DNA from: a virus
Lineage: Duplodnaviria; Caudoviricetes
IMG/VR virus record: IMGVR_UViG_3300020432_000004
Reading direction: 5' to 3' (one strand)
Length of the DNA stretch: 64,000 nucleotides
A model generated the notes under the pieces. That model made no database searches. It was not told where the DNA came from and was given only the letters and a program-made list of their open reading frames with translations. The position numbers were made by a program, and so were the translations under genes. Positions within the stretch are counted from its first letter, which is position 1. Each line of letters starts with the position of its first letter. Shown here piece after piece: positions 39,527 through 46,852 of the stretch.

Positions 39527-39785
39527 AAAAGTTTATCACGTTAAATGCTCAGAGACAGTAGAGTTTACTGTATCAATCGAAGCAGAGTCCGAAGAGGAAG
39601 CAAGAGAACTAGCAGTAGAGGACATTAACTCACATGAAGTTATTGCAGAGTCAACAACCGACTGGGATATTGACGAGATTATACTAGAGCAAGAAGAGTG
39701 GTATAATCAACCCGACCCAGTTGGACTAGAGTCAGTTACGGATGCTGATTATAACTCAGAAGGTGAGTTAAAAGATCAAGCATAG
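39519..39785 (+). CDS. Small highly acidic protein
   Basis: 88 aa, E/D-rich, with an IEAESEEEA motif. Confidence 0.7.
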   Translation: MTKKVYHVKCSETVEFTVSIEAESEEEARELAVEDINSHEVIAESTTDWDIDEIILEQEEWYNQPDPVGLESVTDADYNSEGELKDQA

Positions 39786-39868
39786 GACAGTACTACTAGT
39801 GGCACATTGTTTTACCATTATGGTATTATTCACAGTATTATAATAATATACAAATTCAATTAAAGATC

Positions 39869-40009
39869 ATGAGAACTTTAAAACTTGATGAAAAGCAGAA
39901 TGAAACACTTGAAGCAATGCTTAAGTATTTCTATGAAATCAAGATCAATCCAAAATATGAAAAAGGATTTATCGCATTATGGGATAACTTTCAAGATCAG
40001 GGAGAGTAA
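39869..40009 (+). CDS. Small hypothetical protein (not in track)
   Basis: 46 aa, MRTLKLDEKQ..., first ORF after the 39783 element. Confidence 0.6.
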   Translation: MRTLKLDEKQNETLEAMLKYFYEIKINPKYEKGFIALWDNFQDQGE

Positions 40010-40011
40010 TT

Positions 40012-40179
40012 ATGCCAATTATTAAGTTAACAATCGAAGAGCATCAATCACTCACTCGATTTTTAAGTCATCCTAAAGCAATGAAATATAGGAGTGACTT
40101 ATATGACACAGAAACTTTTGACTCAATGGAAGATAAAGTTTATGATGCAGTAAACAATTTAACAGTAGAGGATTTTTAA
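40012..40179 (+). CDS. Small hypothetical protein (not in track)
   Basis: 55 aa, MPIIKLTIEE...; GGAG RBS. Confidence 0.65.
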   Translation: MPIIKLTIEEHQSLTRFLSHPKAMKYRSDLYDTETFDSMEDKVYDAVNNLTVEDF

Positions 40180-40407
40180 ATGGATTTAAAACTATCAGAT
40201 AAAGAGTTTAACATACTAAAAGAGTTTTATGTTGAGCGATTAGTTGATAATATGTCAACAAAAGATTTAGTACAATATGTAAGTGATGACCTAACAAAAT
40301 GGGTGGATTCATTAACATATAATGAAGCAATAGTTGAATTTCAAGAATACTGGGATGAGTATTTTACTGACACTATTGAAGAAGTAAGGGAGTGCATCAA
40401 TGAGTAA
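40180..40407 (+). CDS. Small acidic hypothetical protein
   Basis: 75 aa; GAGG RBS. Confidence 0.7.
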   Translation: MDLKLSDKEFNILKEFYVERLVDNMSTKDLVQYVSDDLTKWVDSLTYNEAIVEFQEYWDEYFTDTIEEVRECINE

Positions 40408-40672
40408 TATTGAAAACAAGTATTCAGATTATGACTGTTACAAAAAAGAGGAAGATTTAAACAGAAAACATAATCTAACATTAACAGAAGGTCAAATCTC
40501 AACTATCCTATACACAATGGAAGGATATATGCAGGGAAGTGATGATGCAGAAGATAGCGACTTTCATAAGGATGTTGATTCTATATTTGAAGTATTAGAA
40601 ACAACTATTGATAAGTTTTATGATAAACTTGCTAAACTTAAAGCATCAAAACCAAAACCAGAGTGGGATTAA
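40400..40672 (+). CDS. Small hypothetical protein
   Basis: 90 aa; GGAG RBS. Confidence 0.7.
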   Translation: MSNIENKYSDYDCYKKEEDLNRKHNLTLTEGQISTILYTMEGYMQGSDDAEDSDFHKDVDSIFEVLETTIDKFYDKLAKLKASKPKPEWD

Positions 40673-40828
40673 ATGATGACTGTTAAAGAAGAACTATTCG
40701 ATCAAATCGAAGAATTAAATACAAGTCTAAGAGAACTAACCGATTATGAGTTAGTTGACTGTAGAAATGCTCTCATCAATAGAACTAACATATTAATGGG
40801 ACTATTGGATGAGTTAGAGGACAGTTAA
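40673..40828 (+). CDS. Small hypothetical protein (not in track)
   Basis: 51 aa, MMTVKEELF...LEDS*; the stop codon lies inside the palindrome. Confidence 0.6.
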   Translation: MMTVKEELFDQIEELNTSLRELTDYELVDCRNALINRTNILMGLLDELEDS

Positions 40829-40902
40829 TTATGTGTCACAATGTACCACGCATAGGTTACAAAATACCTTATAATAAGAGTATTCAAACATCATTAAACA
40901 AA

Positions 40903-41097
40903 ATGGACACAAGAAAAGGATTATCAATCGAAGTTTCCGACAGTCAGTATGATTTCTTATATGAAGTCTTAATGGAAGCGTACTCAAATGATGTAGCAGA
41001 GCAAAAAGGATGGGATGTTCAAACATTCGATAATCTTATTGATAACGTATGCAATGCTAAAGTGACCTACCTATCCAACTCAGTCAAAGGAGTGTAG
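40903..41097 (+). CDS. Small hypothetical protein
   Basis: Start adjusted to MDTRKG, downstream of the 40817 element. Confidence 0.7.
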   Translation: MDTRKGLSIEVSDSQYDFLYEVLMEAYSNDVAEQKGWDVQTFDNLIDNVCNAKVTYLSNSVKGV

Positions 41098-41100
41098 GTC

Positions 41101-41271
41101 ATGAGCAACAAAACATCCGCAGATTTAGTTAAAGAATACGTTTTAGACCATTATAGACATTTTGGTTTTTTACCTCATGATGTAGAGGTTAATGGGACAG
41201 TATTCGATTATGGAACATACAACTTAATGCTAGATTTATTTTTCCCTAAACTAACAGATTATTTAAAATGA
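41101..41271 (+). CDS. Small hypothetical protein (not in track)
   Basis: 56 aa, MSNKTSADLV...; AGGAG RBS. Confidence 0.65.
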   Translation: MSNKTSADLVKEYVLDHYRHFGFLPHDVEVNGTVFDYGTYNLMLDLFFPKLTDYLK

Positions 41272-41414
41272 AAACATTATTAGAAGAGATACATGACATT
41301 ATCGAAGAAGGCGATAATGGAACATCACATGATATAGTTGATATAATGTTCAACTTATTAGATGTTAACCAACTTGCTCAATTACAAGACATTGTTATTA
41401 ATCAAAACTATTAA
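41268..41414 (+). CDS. Small hypothetical protein (not in track)
   Basis: 48 aa, MKTLLEEIHD...; ATGA overlap. Confidence 0.6.
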   Translation: MKTLLEEIHDIIEEGDNGTSHDIVDIMFNLLDVNQLAQLQDIVINQNY

Positions 41415-41415
41415 A

Positions 41416-41592
41416 ATGAAAACATTTATTATTCAAGAGAAATTCATAGGTTATAACGATATAACTATTGAAGCATCTACAGAAGAGGAAGCGATCTCAC
41501 TTTATAATAAAGGTTATTATAAAGATAGTGATGTTGATAGGGATGATATGTTTTATGATTTTCAATTCGATTCAATTAGAGAGGACAACTAA
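41416..41592 (+). CDS. Small acidic protein
   Basis: MKTFIIQE...IEASTEEEA; resembles 39519..39785. Confidence 0.65.
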   Translation: MKTFIIQEKFIGYNDITIEASTEEEAISLYNKGYYKDSDVDRDDMFYDFQFDSIREDN

Positions 41593-41774
41593 TGAAAACT
41601 ATTAAATTAACTGATAAACAATTCCAGGAACTTCACACTTATGTTATTGACACTTGCGAAGATATTATGGATAGATCGCTAGAGTGGGCAGATTCAGATT
41701 TGAGTAATGAAATAATTGATGATAATGAAATAGTATTTACACTTAGATCAATTTTAGATGGAGTATCAAAATGA
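41592..41774 (+). CDS. Small hypothetical protein
   Basis: 60-aa coupled ORF. Confidence 0.7.
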   Translation: MKTIKLTDKQFQELHTYVIDTCEDIMDRSLEWADSDLSNEIIDDNEIVFTLRSILDGVSK

Positions 41775-41938
41775 AAACATACGATAAGAAAACAAGTGTT
41801 TTTGTTAACCTATCTCGACTATATGAAGATAGCGAAAATATGATGTTTTATGACATACTTGACCATATAGTAGAAATTTGTAATGATAAACAATTAGATA
41901 GCATTTTAAACACTATACAAGAGAATTACAACAAGTGA
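41771..41938 (+). CDS. Small hypothetical protein (not in track)
   Basis: 55 aa, MKTYDKKTSV...; the stop codon abuts the 41939 element. Confidence 0.6.
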   Translation: MKTYDKKTSVFVNLSRLYEDSENMMFYDILDHIVEICNDKQLDSILNTIQENYNK

Positions 41939-42025
41939 TGTACCAGTTCAACAAAGTGGCACAATACCTATTGTGTTTTTCTATAATTTCGATTATTATT
42001 AGTTCATAGTTAATTAATCAAGTTT

Positions 42026-42178
42026 ATGACTAACCAAAAACGTTATGAATCATTCCTTAGATGGGAAGCAATGATCGCTAGACAACAGGCAAGAAAAGCA
42101 GGAAAGTCAGTTGATGAACTTTACAATTTACAGAATCGTTCAGAGTGGTTCGATTCCAACTTTAAACTTATTAAATAG
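42026..42178 (+). CDS. Small hypothetical protein (not in track)
   Basis: 50 aa, MTNQKRYESF... Confidence 0.6.
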   Translation: MTNQKRYESFLRWEAMIARQQARKAGKSVDELYNLQNRSEWFDSNFKLIK

Positions 42179-42190
42179 GAGTCTTTTATT

Positions 42191-42361
42191 ATGATGCAAT
42201 ACTTTATAGAAATCCCAAATACACAAATTAGAGAACCAGTAAGCGGTTTTTGTTATGATATATTATATGATATGGCACAGCAGTATGGTCATGCAGAATT
42301 AGTATGGTATGCCAATAATGGCACTAGGATGATACAGGGAGTATATACAGACAAAGATTAA
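42191..42361 (+). CDS. Small hypothetical protein (not in track)
   Basis: 56 aa, MMQYFIEIPN...; AGGAG RBS. Confidence 0.65.
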   Translation: MMQYFIEIPNTQIREPVSGFCYDILYDMAQQYGHAELVWYANNGTRMIQGVYTDKD

Positions 42362-42456
42362 AAAGTCAACCAGTAGTGTGACGGTAATAGTACTGTCACA
42401 CAATTTTACCATACTGGTATTATTACCTTTATAATAATAGTAATTAAACAAACAAA

Positions 42457-42753
42457 ATGCACCCACTTCAAATTGTGAACACTTTAAGACAGATTAATGA
42501 ATTTGTTGATTATGTAGATTCATTCTATGGTCAAAATGACCCATTATACCCATTATACTTAAATGGAGTAGCATTATCTAAAGAGCATATTCGCCACGCT
42601 ATTATAGTATATTTGGATAGATGCCATAATGATGATTTTGAAAATTGCTCTTGGGGTGATGGTGATTCACTTGATCGTGAGAGAGTGAGAGATATTCTAA
42701 CAGATAAATTTGGATATGGCGAGAGCAAATTTTATAGAAGTGTGACAGTTTAA
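42457..42753 (+). CDS. Small hypothetical protein
   Basis: 98 aa; single-gene cassette between two elements. Confidence 0.75.
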   Translation: MHPLQIVNTLRQINEFVDYVDSFYGQNDPLYPLYLNGVALSKEHIRHAIIVYLDRCHNDDFENCSWGDGDSLDRERVRDILTDKFGYGESKFYRSVTV

Positions 42754-42830
42754 TTACTGTCATACTATTCTACACAATAGTCAAAAATTACACTATACTT
42801 AGTATATACAAATCAAAGGAGCATTTTTAA

Positions 42831-43307
42831 ATGACTACTACACTTCCAAACATTAACACTTCACTAAGAGTTAGAGAATGGACAGAGCAACTTTGCAGAA
42901 GTCTAGAGGATAATTACAGAAATTATAAAGTCAGGATGCTAACTAGCAATTCTATCAGATATTCAAAAGGTGATAATATCCTAGGCAAGAGACAAGACTT
43001 ATCTGACTATGCTATTCAGCAATTAAAAGAGATAAATGACGGAGTTGAAGGTAGTTTAATGAAGTTTAGAATAATCGAAGGTAAAAAGTACTTTAAAGTT
43101 GTAAATCAGGAATTTAGATACGGAGAGTGGTCAGACAGTTCAGTAAATTGTTTTGTTAACAAATTAACTGGTGAAGTGCATAAAGCAGCAAGTTGGAAGT
43201 CCCCAGTTAAGGGAGCAAGATTTGACATGAGAATTATAAGACACAGAGAATTGATGCATAACCCAGATTTTACTGACTGGGCAGGTGGTTATCTTTATCT
43301 AAGATAA
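42831..43307 (+). CDS. Conserved phage hypothetical protein
   Basis: GKKYFKV...CFVNK.TGEVHKAASWKSP.KGARF...DWAGGYLY motif. Confidence 0.8.
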   Translation: MTTTLPNINTSLRVREWTEQLCRSLEDNYRNYKVRMLTSNSIRYSKGDNILGKRQDLSDYAIQQLKEINDGVEGSLMKFRIIEGKKYFKVVNQEFRYGEWSDSSVNCFVNKLTGEVHKAASWKSPVKGARFDMRIIRHRELMHNPDFTDWAGGYLYLR

Positions 43308-43329
43308 CCCAATTCTCCAGGAATTTATT

Positions 43330-43527
43330 ATGTTTATCGTTACACATATAGATGTTCATGAATCACTAGACGAGGACATTCAGTTTAAAATTGATAATGG
43401 TCTCGGTCTATGGTCATCTAAAGAGCATGAAATTTGGGATGATGTAGAAAAATACATTCAACCCTATACTCTCAAAAGACTAGAGTATGAAAAAAACAGA
43501 CCTCACGCATTAACTTCTTTTAAATAA
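43330..43527 (+). CDS. Small hypothetical protein
   Basis: 65-aa ORF. Confidence 0.7.
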   Translation: MFIVTHIDVHESLDEDIQFKIDNGLGLWSSKEHEIWDDVEKYIQPYTLKRLEYEKNRPHALTSFK

Positions 43528-43528
43528 A

Positions 43529-43696
43529 ATGACAACTAAAAAACCATTTAAAAAAACAACTGAATACTTCACAGTTAACTTTGAAAGTAAGACCGACTAC
43601 AACAAAGTTATCAAACATTTAAAACTAGAGGGACTAACCTTAGATTATTACCTATTAGAATTTGATTTGGAAGGGGTGCTAGGACAGTCTAATTAG
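43529..43696 (+). CDS. Small hypothetical protein (not in track)
   Basis: 55 aa, MTTKKPFKKT...; the stop codon lies inside the palindrome. Confidence 0.55.
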   Translation: MTTKKPFKKTTEYFTVNFESKTDYNKVIKHLKLEGLTLDYYLLEFDLEGVLGQSN

Positions 43697-43769
43697 TGTC
43701 ACATAGTACTGGTATTTGTTACCAGTATGCACTATAATAAGAGTAATCAAACAAAAGGAGTATTTCAAA

Positions 43770-44168
43770 ATGCCACTAACAGCAGTTGTTTCAAAAAAGA
43801 ACTATAAGACAGTCAAAATTGACACATATCAGAAATTGCTACTTAATGCTATTGATACCTATGGGAGTGGAGACTGGAAGAATAATATGTCAATTCACCA
43901 TAAGCACGATCAGAGTATGTTCAGCAATATTTTAATCGGTTCACAAGTTGTTGCTAAGGTAGTTTATGATGTTGCCCATGATGATATTTCTTGTGATGAC
44001 TATAGAGCAATTCATATTGATAAAACAAAATTCGCTCAGGTTAGTTATATCGCATTTGTAAATGATGTTGACCAGTTTAGAGACTCTCATCAAATCGTTA
44101 GATACAGAAATATGCTCAGTAAATTTTACACAGTTATACAAGTAGCAAATAAGTGCATCAAATACTAG
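43770..44168 (+). CDS. Hypothetical protein
   Basis: Start adjusted to MPLTAVV after the AAAAGGAG RBS; single-gene cassette. Confidence 0.75.
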   Translation: MPLTAVVSKKNYKTVKIDTYQKLLLNAIDTYGSGDWKNNMSIHHKHDQSMFSNILIGSQVVAKVVYDVAHDDISCDDYRAIHIDKTKFAQVSYIAFVNDVDQFRDSHQIVRYRNMLSKFYTVIQVANKCIKY

Positions 44169-44264
44169 TAACAGTATGACAGTACGATTAGTGGCACATT
44201 AACCCACTAATCGACTGTAAAATACACTATAATTAAGATAACAAAACAAAAGGAGCATTTCAAA

Positions 44265-44525
44265 ATGTTATTCACACATGAGACAAAAGAATTTGGAACT
44301 ATCCATACTCAAGCAATGATTAACTCTTTTATTCCCTTTGAAGTCATCATGAGAGAGACTACAGAAGGCGGTGATGCATTATCTGACTTTGAAGGATATG
44401 ACCCTAGTATGGGTGCATCATGTCAAGAGTTAACAGAAGTGTGTGATGACATTTATGACACATTACTATTACACGCTCTTAAAACATATCCAGACAAAGC
44501 AATTAGAGGTATTAAAACAAAATGA
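44265..44525 (+). CDS. Small hypothetical protein
   Basis: 86 aa after the AAGGAG RBS. Confidence 0.75.
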   Translation: MLFTHETKEFGTIHTQAMINSFIPFEVIMRETTEGGDALSDFEGYDPSMGASCQELTEVCDDIYDTLLLHALKTYPDKAIRGIKTK

Positions 44526-44650
44526 GTTGCCTACAGAATGAAATCATCCTCGAAAATCTATTCGAGGAGGTTCAAACCGAATTTCCAGACTTATCCGAGG
44601 ATGAGCAAATTAAAAAAACTTACGAATTATTCGAGGACTTAATTCAATGA
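44522..44650 (+). CDS. Small acidic protein (not in track)
   Basis: 42 aa, MSCLQNEIILENLFEEV...; GAGG RBS. Confidence 0.65.
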   Translation: MSCLQNEIILENLFEEVQTEFPDLSEDEQIKKTYELFEDLIQ

Positions 44651-44817
44651 ACAAAATAGAAGGATTCACACCTAATCGTACAGAATACGATTTAATCTAT
44701 TCAGCATTTAGACATTTTAGATGTTTAATGACTGATGAGCAGGAGGTCATGAGCGAGCAGATACTTGATAAACTATTTTATCCTAGTTTTGATAATTTGA
44801 CTCAAAATGACCTATAA
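44647..44817 (+). CDS. Small hypothetical protein (not in track)
   Basis: 56 aa, MNKIEGFTPN...; ATGA overlap. Confidence 0.6.
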   Translation: MNKIEGFTPNRTEYDLIYSAFRHFRCLMTDEQEVMSEQILDKLFYPSFDNLTQNDL

Positions 44818-45025
44818 ACCAGTATGGTATGACTCTACCAAACAAAAAGAGTCTTTTTACAAAAAGTTCCAGGAAATCCAAATCGGGGACTATGTAAGGT
44901 ATTATAAAGAGTATGGTCAGATCATACTACGTTTTGATGATACCGAACAAGTTTATCTAACTAACGATAAACATTATATGCTTCCAATTAACTGGAAAAA
45001 AACTAAAATCATTGCTAAATTTTAA
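44807..45025 (+). CDS. Small hypothetical protein
   Basis: 72-aa ORF. Confidence 0.65.
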   Translation: MTYKPVWYDSTKQKESFYKKFQEIQIGDYVRYYKEYGQIILRFDDTEQVYLTNDKHYMLPINWKKTKIIAKF

Positions 45026-45026
45026 A

Positions 45027-45254
45027 ATGACTCAACTTGAATTTCTAACCGAAGTATTAAGCGATTATTGCTATAATGAGCAATTACCGTTTATGTCAGC
45101 ATCCGATATACTTCACACATATAAAGCGACTCTTTCAGTATCTCAACGAGAGTGGTTAAGAAATTATATCATAGTATGGGATATTATACAAGAAAATGAT
45201 AGTCTTGTGGATATGCCCGCCCGATTTTTTGGTATAGATAATATAATGGTCTAA
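45027..45254 (+). CDS. Small hypothetical protein
   Basis: Start adjusted to MTQLEFL. Confidence 0.6.
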   Translation: MTQLEFLTEVLSDYCYNEQLPFMSASDILHTYKATLSVSQREWLRNYIIVWDIIQENDSLVDMPARFFGIDNIMV

Positions 45255-45260
45255 TCCCCC

Positions 45261-45289
45261 ATTCTAGTATAATTTCCGAAAAATGTCAA
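45261..45289 (-). promoter_or_regulatory. Antisense sigma70 promoter
   Basis: The minus strand reads TTGACA-17 bp-TAGAAT. Confidence 0.55.
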
Positions 45290-45369
45290 CCCATTTTCAA
45301 TTAATTCCTTGGTGCGAAGTAGTCCACGCTATTGAAGTATTAAGGTATGAAGAGTTAACAAAAGACACT

Positions 45370-45522
45370 ATGACATATAAGCAACTAATCGAAGAGTTAA
45401 AAAAACTTACTGATGAGCAACTTAATATGGAGGTAGTCATATATGATAAGGATTGCGAGGATTCAATAAAAGCAGACTCGCACATAATCATCAAAAATGG
45501 ACAGGTTTACATAGGCATTTAA
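45370..45522 (+). CDS. Small hypothetical protein
   Basis: MTYKQLIEELKKLTDEQLNMEVVIYD, a common phage small-protein start. Confidence 0.65.
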   Translation: MTYKQLIEELKKLTDEQLNMEVVIYDKDCEDSIKADSHIIIKNGQVYIGI

Positions 45523-45524
45523 TT

Positions 45525-45764
45525 ATGGGTGATGAACTTTTAAAAAAATACAATTTCATGAAAGGTGAATTAATCGAAGTTAAAAACGATATAGGGAGGA
45601 TTAACTTTATAAGTGATGAGTACATTACCATAACAACAAAGCACGAAGATAATCAAAATTTCAAAAGTGGATATAAACAAACTAACGTAGTAATAAGCAA
45701 TGCATATTGGAAAGAAATAAAATTCATAACAAGAGAGGAATTAATCAGAGTAACCCATGACTAA
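45525..45764 (+). CDS. Small hypothetical protein
   Basis: Start adjusted to MGDELLKK. Confidence 0.6.
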   Translation: MGDELLKKYNFMKGELIEVKNDIGRINFISDEYITITTKHEDNQNFKSGYKQTNVVISNAYWKEIKFITREELIRVTHD

Positions 45765-45912
45765 GGACAGTAATAAAGATAATAAACTGATTCTAAAAAG
45801 GACATCCGCAGGTATGATAACATACTGTTTTATAGTATGTAAAGAGATCATCATAGGGTTATGGGAGATAGTCAGAAATAAGAAATATTATAGGAGGGAT
45901 ATAGAGAAATAA
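45757..45912 (+). CDS. Small hypothetical protein (not in track)
   Basis: 51 aa, MTKDSNKDNK... Confidence 0.4.
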   Translation: MTKDSNKDNKLILKRTSAGMITYCFIVCKEIIIGLWEIVRNKKYYRRDIEK

Positions 45913-46058
45913 ATCAATATCCGTATAATTTACTGATAATAATAAATATCAAAATAAATCTATTAGTGTTTATCTTATCGTTATTAATATGCGATCTTAA
46001 TACGGTCTTAGCATACATCCTACCGACTTGCAAGGAATATCACAGAATCGTCACAAAC

Positions 46059-46087
46059 TTGACAGGCACAGAGATTTATGGGATAAT
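46059..46087 (+). promoter_or_regulatory. Sigma70-like promoter
   Basis: TTGACA-17 bp-GATAAT with an extended TG. Confidence 0.55.
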
Positions 46088-46112
46088 ATTACATAACCAA
46101 TAGTATGCCCAG

Positions 46113-46295
46113 TTGCCTATGATAGTTCCAGGAAAGTATAAAACACTTGCCGAGAAATTTCCCCTTATCAGTAATGAGCAGACTATAGAATTATGTCAGT
46201 TTTTACTTGATACGGAACAGGTTACGGAGAGATATAAACAGACAGTAACCAGACTATTAGAGGAGGGATTTTTGTACCACGTGCCAATCACATAA
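46113..46295 (+). CDS. Small hypothetical protein
   Basis: 60 aa; the stop codon lies inside the 46280 palindrome. Confidence 0.65.
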   Translation: MPMIVPGKYKTLAEKFPLISNEQTIELCQFLLDTEQVTERYKQTVTRLLEEGFLYHVPIT

Positions 46296-46369
46296 GTGGC
46301 ACATTAGAGGGTGCACACAGGTAACCATATACTATAATAGATGTATACCAAACAAAGGAGCATTTAAAA

Positions 46370-46588
46370 ATGAATCTTACACCAATCGCATCTAACATGA
46401 CTGAGGTAGAGACAAAAACACACCGTATTTTATTCAGTTATAGAACACCAGTTGCTGCTTTTGAATTTGGTAGAGGTTACATCAAAACAGAACAATTTTG
46501 GTCAGTAACTACTAGCAGACACATAAACAAGTGGGGTGCTAAGGGTGGCGAAGAGGTTCCCCAATCTTACTTAGACAACCTAGTGTAA
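46370..46588 (+). CDS. Conserved phage hypothetical protein
   Basis: ILFSYRTPVAA...WSVTTSRHINKW motif; strong RBS. Confidence 0.8.
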   Translation: MNLTPIASNMTEVETKTHRILFSYRTPVAAFEFGRGYIKTEQFWSVTTSRHINKWGAKGGEEVPQSYLDNLV

Positions 46589-46647
46589 TTGACACACAGG
46601 TAAAAAACGATTATAATAGGGTTAACTCACACTAACCCTATTTTTTT
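46589..46647 (+). terminator. Perfect sigma70 promoter overlapping a terminator hairpin
   Basis: TTGACA(46589)-17-TATAAT(46612); AATAGGGTTA-actcacac-TAACCCTATT followed by a T run. Confidence 0.7.
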
Positions 46648-46852
46648 ATGCTTTAATATTTGACAGTTATTATGAAACGATAATCATTTTCATTTAGCCC
46701 TTATGGCAGTTATGGGGGTTATCTTTGGATGGTGGGTGGCCGATATATTAAAAAAGATAGAGACCCTAACCTACAAAGGTTCCCAAACGCATGTTAAATA
46801 TTAATCGAAAATAAAAAAATCCCCAGTACAAAAAATTTCCCAGAGGTAAAAA

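Larger units (their letters stand above)
38503..46372 (+). repeat. Dispersed array of 9 palindrome/-10/RBS cassettes
   Basis: Palindromes start at 38503, 39783, 40817, 41939, 42377, 42741, 43680, 44175 and 46280; each has a -10 hexamer about 29 bp after the right arm. Confidence 0.85.

Noticed and set aside
46032-46055. Additional palindrome copy AAGGAATAT-cacaga-ATCGTCACA
   Set aside because: The left arm is too degenerate and the spacing to the -10 box (26 bp) is off; kept only as an ordinary sigma70 promoter
38503-46303. CRISPR array interpretation of the repeats
   Set aside because: Repeats are degenerate and separated by 0.36-2.1 kb of coding sequence; no cas genes
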